The notes under the pieces were generated by a model. The model made no database searches and had not been told where the DNA came from. It was given only the letters and a program-made list of their open reading frames with translations. A stretch of 64,000 nt of DNA from Ascidiella aspersa (lineage: Eukaryota): the NCBI GenBank assembly GCA_963924565.1, contig OZ004607.1, positions 7,998,001-8,062,000 on the forward strand. The letters are read 5' to 3'. The stretch's first letter is position 1; every line of letters starts with the position of its first letter. Shown in pieces: positions 27,101 to 38,180 of the stretch. Position numbers and translations under genes: made by a program.

Positions 27101-30100
27101 CGGTGTTGTAATAATGTGCACTTAAATCACTATTTTTAAATGACCTGACTTGACTAAAGTTGACTTGGGTTTAAATTACGGTAAATCTTTCCGTTAAGCA
27201 ATTTAAACCAAAATAGCCAAATTGTCCTAATTTTTTAATATAAAATACTTTGCTTGTTATATGTTGCGTTTTTGTCTTTTGTAGCTTATTATTTATTGCA
27301 CACAATGGCACGTTTACCAACTTTATTGGTTTATCGTTATATTTTTATATCAATGATATTACTTGCTCTAATAATAGCTTAACTGATGGTATTTCACTTG
27401 GACAACGGATGTATTGGACTAGGAGTTGAATTGTTATTGATTTAAAAAGGCTTTACCTGGACTTATTTAAAAATTACCTGACTGGTAATCAAGGTGTCAA
27501 TATGACTTGCTTACAACACAGGTTATACGAACAGCAACATCAGTGCTTCATAACATGTGGGCCGCCATTTGGAAGTTGTCCACATAGCTTTTTAGGTGCG
27601 ACATGCACTTTTTCCTGAGACATTTCAAATTTGGTTGTGTGTATAGATACCAATGTCTGCTGGAACGAACATTTTTTTATTATAACTGTTTTAGAATGAT
27701 GTAAAAAAGGAGCTGCTAGTTATTGTTTGTTTGGTGTTTACAACGAATGTTTCAAGCTTACGAATTCGGTCAAGGAGCTTATAGGTATAGGCTATACCGC
27801 GATAAATGCTACAAAACGCAATGTTTTACAAGTCGCTGCAATCCCGTTACTTTATCGCAAGAACTGCTGTATAATTTGACTCGGGAGTATGTATATCTGT
27901 ATGGATTTCACTAGAAAACAAAACCAAAATGAAAAACGCACGCAAAAAACGTACATTTTACAAGTCGCGGTCGCGTACAACATCACGCCTGTAAAACAAA
28001 CCTGGCACCCCGAGTGGCGCCAAAACCACGTGACGTAGTCGCGTCGAACGCGACGTAGAAAAAATACAGAAAAAATTGAAAAAGGAAAAAGGAGCAAAAA
28101 GCGGAGAAGCCGTCGAACAAACGATGGACGAAACATCGGAAATCAACAGCATGTCGCATGTCGAGATTAAATATTTATAAACGCGCGCCGACATCGAAAT
28201 TAGTCCGACTGCGTTTGCGGCAGGGGGGAAGGGGGGAGGGGGTGATAAATTGCCTCGAGCGATCGAAAATCGCGGAGGGGTCGACGGGCGGGGTTAAAAA
28301 AAGACGCGCAATTAAAGGCGCTTTATTTCAATTACGAGAGACGGGGGCATCGACTTCTTATCCCCGATCCGCGATTTGTCTCAAACTATCTAAGCGCCTT
28401 GACGCAAAATACCCGCTATCGTCGTCGATTATGGATCGCTTGCTTTTAAGCGAGAGCGCTTGCTCGTCAGAGCTGGCTGAGCGGCGTCAGAAGCGTCAGG
28501 GGTTGGCGTTTGGGCCCCGGGACAGCACTTTGCCCGTCGCCGCTCGTTAGCCGGATACGGATCGCGGGTGACTTGCAAATGGCGAAGGCCGGGGATAAGG
28601 ATCTCTCTGCTGCTTCTGTAGAGTTACAGCGAATCTATTCACTCTTAAGGGATGACGTATGATGCTTAATGCCGGGGTTTCGGGACGGGATGCAATGATG
28701 GCGTGAGCACGTACGTTTTTTTTTTAAACACTCACAAAAAATTAGTAAATTATCATTATACGGTCAGGCTAATATGGATATATTATAGACCTGCATTTTT
28801 GTTACAAGTCACGTACATCAAAGTGTATTGCAACCACGGTCCCCAAACGTTGCGTTTTTTACTAATTCTAGTCAGAGTTAAAACTTAAATGTATAAAATT
28901 AGAAGTAAATACACGTTTTAAAGTTTTTTGATAGGGGTTAATTTCAATACTAAACCTACACACTAAACGAGGCGGTGTACGTGAGCTTTTAGCATTTCAT
29001 AATAGGGTTAAAATTTGTTTGCCAAACCGCTTCTAAGGTATTTCAAAGCTGTTATTTTAGCATCACAATTTAAATTATGTTTACTAGAAATAACAACACT
29101 GGCAAAACTATGATCATTTACGAATAATCACCGCGCTAAAAAGTTCAAAAACAGCCCGACGCCAAGTTTTCGGTCAACATCAAAATCAATCGACGTAAAA
29201 TAAGAGGTACCTTACAGGTCGCCCGTCCGCCATTCATCACGCTAACAACCGGTACGCACGCGGCACGACAGCGTCTGGGCGGCAAAGAAGAGGTAACGAC
29301 GTATGCAAAGGCGACGACAGACACAGCTAATAGGGGACTATACGGGGGGTTTGAGCTTAGCAAACAGCCACGCTACGCTGTGTCACAATGCCCGGGGACG
29401 CGTCGGCGCAAATGCACCGTGACCGCGGGGGCTTGGGGGAGTTGTAGCCCCATGTTGGGCGCGGGTGGGTGTGAAGAGACGGGCGTCCAGCGACGGCGGA
29501 TCTGGGGAGGGGTGTGAAAAGGTGTTTGACATGACCACCTCTTACCTATAGGCTAGAAACACTTTTGACCCTTTACAAAAAAAAAGTGGGCTAGGATACT
29601 ATTATTTGTGAAGCTTTTTGAAAGAGAAACTTATTGAGAAATAAAAAATAAATTTCGCAAGTATTTAGTTTTAATGAAGCTATACGTGCTTTATAAGGAT
29701 GGTAACAAAGTTTTTGGTTGGGAAATATTATTTATATAGTCTACGTGTTTCTTACAGCAATAAGTGTTGAAACTGTTAAATCTGTCATATTGGGGTACAA
29801 AGGAGCCAATTGGCATCGAAAAAGAAGAATTAAATGAGTTAAATTGACAAGCTAAGTTCATCAAACGTTGACTACATTGCAAAGCTAAATGCTCCTTCAT
29901 ATTTAATCAGGCGGAAGAAAACAAGCTATAGCTGCCTTCAAAAGCGCGTTAGGACGAAAAACAGGACAACTGTTGGTCTGAGTCATGCCAACATCGATTG
30001 ACATTTCTGGCAACTGTCCGTTAATTCGATCACATTTCTCGTCCAGTGGCCGTCTGTACCACTTTGACAAAAAAATAATTAGCGAAAAAAGGGGGGGCTA

Positions 30101-31409
30101 CTTTTACTGCGGCCATTTGATGAACGTGGTGCTTAAACATCTCTCATCGCGCACTTGTTACGTTTGGAAACAAGTCGGCCCCCGAAAGTGCCCCTATTTG
30201 CAGCACAGGCCCGGTTCCCTTAAATACCTGCTTTCCGGTGATGTATCAACGGAATTTCGGCCAAGTCGCCCGGCCGGATTATCAAACAGACACAACACAA
30301 AGCTAAGGCTTATTTAGCCATCTCTCATGTGCGCCTCGGCTGCCTTCGCTGACAGCTCGGGGCCCTAAAGGTCGACGCGGGGCTTTGGGGCAAATGAAAG
30401 GTGTCGAAACAGGGTCGCCAAAGAAAACAAGGTCCGTTTTGCCCGGGTTTTGAAGTTGTTGACCGTTCAATGCCGTTTACTGGCGACGCGACTTGTCAAA
30501 CGCCAAACGATTGGACTGGAGAAAAATACTTTACAGCCACTATTTGTTTAATCGCAGTTAACCCACAAAACGCTTTCAGTTGGTAAAACTTTAAAGATGA
30601 TCGATGCTTGGCGTCTTAAATAACAACTTCACAATCGGATGTAGGTGTAGGCTGTGCTCAGTATGTGTGGGCAACTTTTAACTTTTAACCCCAACATATT
30701 TTTTGATATAAGTATATGAACTTAAATCAACACTAGTCTATCGATCACGATGTTATCGAAATCAAACGAGTATACTCGACTGGTCATTGCACTATGCACC
30801 CTTAATCGCGCTAGTCAGACACTTTACAAAATTTAACGGATTTTTTTTGTAAAACCTAAATGAATGGAAAACGCGTCGAAATGCGTAACAAGACTACTAT
30901 TCCAAAACTGTCGCCTCATTTTATTTGTTCAATTGCGATTAAAAACAATGCTACATATTCACATGGCCGATCGAACAAGCGAATGCACGTCAACAACAAG
31001 TCGCATTTCTGGGGCGCCCATAAAAAAGAAGCAGCGGCAGAACCAAAGCAACAAACATAGGGCTTGCTAGAAGTCCAACGTTTGGGGTGTGCCATGCTCG
31101 AAAGGCCTCTTCTTGAATGATTGATAAGGCGGCAGCTTTTAATCAGCGATCAATAGCAAAGCATTAATCGATTTTTGTCCATGCATTTGTTGCGCCCGCG
31201 TCGCCGCCACGGCATACGGAGGGCGCGATAAGAAGTCAGCGGGGTCCCGGGGCCCTTTTCTTTTTGCTCTTTCCCGCCTCTGGTCTTTGACGCGCTCGCC
31301 AGAGAAATAAGAGCAGCAGTAGCGGCGAATCGAAGCCGGAACGGCAACAGTCGTTGGAAAGAAGTTAGTATACAAGACCGACCCGCTCGATCATAAGAAT
31401 GCGACCATA

Positions 31410-31470
31410 ATGGGGGCGGGTCTGCGTGACGTCACGCTTTCCTCGACCGATTTGGGCGTGACGTCACTGA
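31410..31470. promoter_or_regulatory. GC box plus twin CRE module
   Basis: GGGGCGGG at ~31413; GCGTGACGTCAC twice (octamers at 31427 and 31459). Confidence 0.5.
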
Positions 31471-31533
31471 CGGAAAATCTTTTACTAAAAGGGTTGCTTT
31501 GCCGGTGTGAGTCCAATTTTTCAGAGTTATTGG

Positions 31534-31785
31534 CTAGAATTTAGGGCAGATGTTGGCCAGTCAGTTTAATGTTTGCTCATCCAAATGCCTAAAGATCATG
31601 GACCCCTTGTCGCAATGCCAGAAGTGTGGTGTATTGGCTCACGTGATGCACCAGGTCACCAAGTAAAGAACAAAAATGCAAAATCCTATTATTGGGCAAT
31701 CCCTAATTACGTGGTCCACAGTTTGTTTTTTGCCACCGCATTCACAGTCCCCTGACGGGACCAGACCATTTGTGTACGTCATTGA
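31534..31785 (-). mobile_element. Degenerate 3' end of a non-LTR retrotransposon ORF2 (C-terminal CCHC knuckle, RTE-X/Ingi-like)
   Basis: Minus strand HKW/(frameshift)/GLVPSGDCECGGKKQTVDHVIRDCP (knuckle 31693-31746), then RHLDEQTLN*LANICPKF*. This resembles the KWG...CxCG...QTxxHxxxxCP...LDDETxxWL tail of such LINEs, with TGG mutated to TGA. Confidence 0.75.
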
Positions 31786-34700
31786 AAAAAGTGTTGCGAC
31801 TTTTTTGGTAAAAGTTTGAATTATCTTCGTAAAAGTATGGTTCGTTTTTCCTGGCCGTGGTTTGCGTCCAATATTAGGGAAAGTCACAAAAACTATACGC
31901 GTACAAAACAGTGTCCTAGTGTATTTTACATCTCAACGACAAACTGATGTATATCAATGCAATGCACTCATGTATAGATATGTGCTTATGCAAAGGCCAC
32001 TTTTATTCAAAGTGAATACCTATTGATTTGTAAATTAGCATTGAAGCTATATATTGCTCAAATGAAACTGTAGATTGCAAAATTATTTAATACTTGTATC
32101 CACAACGACTAAGGAGTTTTACATTTCATGGGCCTTCTTTTTTCGCGTCGAAATTATTTGTCGGAAGTGCAGCAGCGAAGAAGGAAAAGGTCAACGCGGC
32201 GAAAAATTTCAAAAATTTATTTCCGCCATTTTGTTTCGGCAATTGCGACATTATCGAGTCGATCGTTAGCCCTCCCCCAACCCCCCAAACCCCCGGCGGC
32301 TATCAAGATCTCATTAATATTTAATCGCGCATAAACATTTTGATTAGAAAAGTGCCGCCGTCGGTAGGACGCCCGGAAGAACAAAAACACAGTCGTTAAA
32401 ATCGAAAAAGTTGGCCCGGTCTTACGCGGTCCACTGCACTTAAATGAGATAGGTCGCGCTGTCGCGTCGGCGACGAAAAAGCCTGGGAATTAGGGCCTAT
32501 ATTTTCAATTATATTGAATGCTCATCTGCGCGATGAGATACAAGTTCGAACGACAATCAAACTGTCGTTTGTTCATGCACAATGACATCGGCGCGAAAAT
32601 AGAACGCATTACGCGCTGTCAGTCGTTTGTAAGAAGATGGAACCCATTGCAATTAGGAAGCGTTTTCTTGGGTCTGTGTTCAGGCCAAGGGTTAGCTGAT
32701 CTTTCTGTAATTAGCTATACTATACATGTGTCATATACACTATATAGACGCTTATGTGTATAATTATGGTTAAAATGTAATGAGCTATACCTGTTTTTCA
32801 AAGACCCGATGAAAGTTTGAACGTAATTGTATAATGGAGGGACCCACGTGGGGTTTGGGTCAATTACTTATTTAGTCGTTGTTTAATCCGCCTTGTGTGG
32901 ATGATGTAAAGTTTAGAAACCTTGGATCTTAACTAAATGTAAAATCGATTTCTCACTTTATTGATTTGCAAACTTCAGCGAAAAAAGTTTTTTTCACTAT
33001 AGCTTTTGTGTTAGGCATTATTGCGGACACAGCCCCAGATTTCAGCAAATCGATCTTAAACATGTTACAGGCTACATAATTTCTTAATACACAATTTTCA
33101 CCTTATATAATTTAACTATGAATTGCTACACTGGTAACCGGTATTTAGTATTTTAATGTAATTAATGTGTATTGTAAGCGACCATAATGATATTATATCA
33201 CTTACAGTCATCAGCTACAGATTGCAACAACCGCAATGCACTAATTATTTATTGCAAGACTGATGTAATCTAACTCTTGCTTGTTTAATAAACAAAACCA
33301 CAACGCTGTCAACCTAATAGTTATAACAATGCAACTTAAAACCACCTTGCACCCATGTATGACACAACTTATATTGCGAATATATAAGGAAAATCTATGG
33401 CAGCCATGAAACCCCACTGTATGTTGGTAGGCATTAGTCTTTTCAGTCAGACTACATTAGCCTACGTATAACCTTACTCGTGTTATCATAATTATGGAAT
33501 GGTACAACCATTTCACTCATACGAAGCTCTTTGAACTTTCTCTCACGCACTAAATACGGTCAAAAACAACAACAGTCGATTTAAAAAGATTTGCAAACGT
33601 TAAGCACAAAAACCCTGATGGTGTTAAAAATAAAATTGGCCATAAATATTTAAGTACGTTATTGGAAGATTATTTGGGTAACTAAAATACGAATCAGTTT
33701 GAAACATGAGGAAATTTCAGTGTTGTTAATTGTAGAACACGATGAGTAAAACCTTAACCTTGTTGCAATATAGGGAGTTACCCTACTTGTCTTTTGTATC
33801 ATGGAGACACGGAAGGCGTTTATGTATATATTTTTTCACGATATTTTAGGTCTTAAATATTTTTTGTGTTTACGCCACGAAGTGGCAAAAATGATTAATG
33901 TTATGTTCGGTATCAAACCCATTGGCCCTAAAACACTTAAAGCATTTCTAAAATTGTGCCGATAATTGTGCGGTCTTGTAAACAAACCGTCAAAAAGTAA
34001 ACATAATGCATTTTTAATCAAATTTGTCTCAAATATGAAGATATAATTGTTATTCAAGTTTTATCTATTTCAGTTGATTCTCTTTATTCTTTTAAGAACG
34101 GGAGAGCAAATTTGATGCATGATAATAAGCATGCTCCATATCGGGTACAAGTGTTTATGTTTTGTAGCACTACAGAGGTACCCAAAGGTCCAATTTAATC
34201 TCCAGAAAAGAGGAATCAATTTAATTAAAATACGACCTAACCCCGCATCGGAAACAATATTTGCTCCAAAATAAAACAAAACATCACACCAAATCCTTTT
34301 AAAAGATAAAGAGGTATTGGTTATAAATCCCGCAATGTTAATTTGTTGTTTCTATACAAACATGTAGGCCTACAGTGTAAACTGTAAATAAACGCCTGAA
34401 ATGTAAAACTGCTGGAGAAAAGTTTCTGCTTTGGCTATTTAATATAATAAAACGGAATAAAAAAAACATCGACAGTGAAATTATTATTATTTTTTAGAAA
34501 TAACACAGTAATTCCGCTAAACCAACTCACCCTATTAAAAGTGCCTGCCACAGGGTGGATCAGGTTATTAACTTTCCATTGAAACTATATTGATCAGTTT
34601 AAAGAGGAGAGCTCCTCCCAAAAGCCAAAAAATATAACACGAATGAGGTGAGATCCCGATAACTTGGTGATTACTCATAATTAAGTGCACAACACGTTAT

Positions 34701-36512
34701 TAAATGTTTAATGAAAACCTTAATCTTGAGTTAGGCCCTATGGAAAGTTAAAAAAACGTACAATACAGGTTGAGCGCGGATCGAGAAACCATCTCACCTC
34801 CGTACAGCGGCGTCGTATAGAAGTGACGACAGGATGCTCAAGGGTTGAAAAAGGTTTGCCGCTCAATAAAAACCAGACAAAGGTCGAATCGAATTCCGAT
34901 ATTCCTCTCGCCTTAGAGTCAAGGCTCTGTCGCTCTTTCTGCGCTTGTCGGCACCTTTCTCATTGAAATCAACATCCCCTTGCGAATTCTGCATTTAGCT
35001 AGGGTGGTGTAATCTAGCTGAGAAGTAGCACAGTATGGAGAGCCGTACACTAGGCTCGGCTGTAATTAGCCTACTGATGATGCCGGTGCATTAGCAGACG
35101 AGAACCCCGCCGCTACACACATAGTAGATGCAAAAGCGGCAGCGGCGTCGTAACAGGTTATTGGAAATTGAATTGCGGAGATCGCTTTTAGCGATGTAGC
35201 GTCGTTCCTGCCTCTCTTAAGTCATGTATCGTAACGGGGATCGACCGTATATTGCTGCAGCTCCGGCGACGCAGCAAGCCGATGGAGCATTAGCCCAGTT
35301 AACGCAATAATTCTATGACGACGCTCCGGGAATAAAGTATTGGTGGGGTATACGTTGCTATCACGAAACAGAGGATGTATTAAACCAGCCAAAGACGCAA
35401 CATCTCTGTACCTCCAGCTACCTATAATGAGGGATGATGCTATTTTTCGCTTAACAAGGATTTTAATCAGAACAAAACACTATACAAGGATAGTTGGAAG
35501 TTGGAATATAGTTGGGTAATATAGATCGTGCTACCCTAATTTGAAACAAAGGTGTCTTATCTTATTAAAAAAAAAATAGCGAAATTTACTAATTTTGTCG
35601 GCATATCAAGTCACCCTGGGCTCTTTTGAGCATTTTTGAATACCCCTGGCCCCTTTCCCCAAGCTGTAGCCCTCCTATACGTCCTAAACAGAGCGACCCA
35701 AAACTTAGCGGCGGGTTTGCGACGATAATGTCGCTTGTCGTGTGGTCGGAACAGAAACTTGCCTAAGTGCGTTCCCAGGGGCCGGCCGGACGCCGATAAA
35801 TGCCCCTCCCCTCCCCCTACTCTCCAGGCCATTTGCGGGCCCGGGCGTAATTGACGTGGCGCAAGTCGATGCTTAGCCGATTAATATCTGACGCTCAATT
35901 CTCGCCGTTTAGTTTTCGAAAGCACTTTCAATGAGAGCTGGAAGTTTTGAAGGTAATTTGAAAAAAAAAACTTTTTTCTTTGCTGTCATTGTAAAATTCT
36001 CGGCAGTCCTACTGTTCGGTAAGCCTATCGAAGACTCCTGGTGTCATATGATTTTAACTATTTTAGTTTATATTCAGCCGAACAATCCAGTTTAGCATTT
36101 ACATCGTTTCGATCAGCAACTTTAAAAAGTTGGCGCGATTATTTTATTTTAATTATTTTCATTCTTACTGTTTGTTGAGTGTTGCCTACATTTGATTCGT
36201 GCTTAAAACAGCGGTTTGACGTGACAAGAAAATACTATATCTTCATATTTCTAACCCGGATACCGCAATTATAGCCTACTCTTTATCCATTTCCCAATCC
36301 GTTGTTTTCAAGGAGTAGAAAGTTTTTCATACACTTTTTCGAAAGGTGTGAAGGTCTAAAACATCATTCATCCCAACATCGTCCCAGTTAAACTTAAAAT
36401 CTTAGGTAGGCGGGTTATTCTGTGCACAGAAGTCCACCAATCACGTACCAAACAATTGGTACTCTTCGTATTTCTTTCAAATGTCTGGGTAGCTGCATTG
36501 AACTACGCACCT

Positions 36513-36560
36513 GACTTAAATAAATGTGACTGAGTTCGAATCCAACACAATAAGGATAGT
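36513..36560 (+). repeat. Dispersed tRNA-derived (SINE-like) fragment with B-box; second copy at 38367-38398
   Basis: Identical 24-mer GACTTAAATAAATGTGACTGAGTT at 36513 and 38367, continuing as GAGTTCGAATCC and GAGTTTCAAATCT. Confidence 0.6.
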
Positions 36561-37872
36561 CTTTTCGACGCATTTTTCTGCCGGTATAACAAAATAAAAA
36601 AAGATTTTTCCAATATCAATCCATTTGGAAAAAACAAGTGTAGATTCCTCATAGAGATATTTCTGCTGCCTTAATCAGTTCTCTTGAGACAAGGACAGCA
36701 TCATTCCAACACAGTGTGGTTTATATTTGGATGGAGAAACGCATACAATTGTATATAGAATGTTCATGTGAAAACTGTCAACTATACACGACAAGAGCAA
36801 AATCAAAACGCAATATCGACCACTTAAAGGTGCTGAGAAAAATTGCGAAAACTTAAACTTCAGCTTTACAGCACATTTCACAGCAATGCAATAAATAATA
36901 ACACTCAGAATTTTCGACTAGTCGGCACATTTCTTTTTCGTGTCTTTGTCAATTTAGCTAATCGAAGACGCGTTTTGCTTGCCAATCATTGAGATATGAA
37001 ATGTCACGTTATAAATCAGACAAAACACAAGTTCAGAAGCACCATTAGAATATTACGGAATGTCACCGAGCAAATTTCGATACAGCGTAAGTTCAGGGAC
37101 GCTTGCCTAAACATCAAGCAAAGCAAAAAAGTGCTACATTTCCAATATCCTTATGTATTACAACACGCGAGCAAAACAGTAGTTCAGTGTTCAAGTCGTA
37201 ACCTCACGCAACGCGTGCGTACAAATATAAAGATCGCAAACTAAAAATAGGTTATAGGAAACTGTACGACGGGGCTTAACAAATGCACAGGGAAAAGCAC
37301 ACACAGGTTGCCACTAGAAAACTTATAAAAATAAAAATCTGAACTCAAACGAAAAGAACAAAAGCGTGGTAAAATAATGCTATAGTGAAAAGAAAACCTT
37401 AAGGGGTTATGGTAACTAATGTTGCTGCTGCAATACGTACTTAAATATACAACAAAATAACTAAAGAATTTGCACGAGAAAAAGGAAATTATCTATTTGC
37501 TTATCGTCTAATTAACTTTAAGAGCTGTACCAAAAATTGAAGAAACGGTTAACGAAATTAGTATTTGTATGATGACTTCTCTGGACATGTAGAGTTGCAT
37601 CTAACACGCAAATCCTCACGCGCGAAACTATTTCTACATTTATGGCTGAAACTGAGACCGGGAAACTGCGCATGACGTCACCACGACTGCGTCATCAATG
37701 CGTCATAACTTCTCTCCGGCGTCAGTAAAGAAGGCGAGTGCCTTGGTCAGGTATTCCTTGGTGAAGAGCGGGTGACCGTGAAGTGAACACTTGTCCGCTA
37801 CGATGAGAGCGAAAGAACAAAAAATGAATCGTTAGATTAAGAGTTTGGAAACCTGCAGATTTTCGTGCTTTG

Positions 37873-38180
37873 CTCCGGCGTGGCCGTGATATTGTGAGTT
37901 CGAATCTCACTGTAGTTTTTTTTTACAAACCTTGTTTTCCTTTCACCGAACACTTTAAAAACCTTGGGTTACAACGTAGACTTTTTTGTTTTCAAGGATA
38001 TATTCCGGATGTGGAAGAGATCGTGAGTTCGAATCTCAACAAAGTTTCTTTTACAAACCTTGTTTTCCTTTCGCCGAACACTTTGATAACCTTGGTCCAT
38101 ATAGTAAACCTTTTTTGTTTTCAAGGATATAGTCCGGATATGGCAGAGGTCGTGAGTTCGAATCTCACCGCTGGCTGTTT
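37873..38180 (+). repeat. 129-bp tandem repeat (~2.3 units), each unit with a tRNA-like T-arm / Pol III B-box
   Basis: GTGAGTTCGAATCTCA at 37894, 38023 and 38152 (exact 129-bp period), with shared spacer text ttttacaaaccttgttttcctttc..cgaacacttt..aaccttgg..ttttttgttttcaaggatata.tccggat. Confidence 0.9.

Noticed and set aside
27330-27510. CR1-like reverse transcriptase fragments (FYINDI; LDLFKNYLTGNQ)
   Set aside because: Motifs are very short and in the wrong order; possibly old debris but not supportable.
33400-34100. LINE tail-like peptides (RTKYGQK; HNYRHNFRN)
   Set aside because: Too degenerate, and on opposite strands.
37873-38180. CRISPR array or real tRNA genes
   Set aside because: Whole 129-bp units are duplicated (no unique spacers), the context is eukaryotic with no cas genes, and the units lack an anticodon arm.
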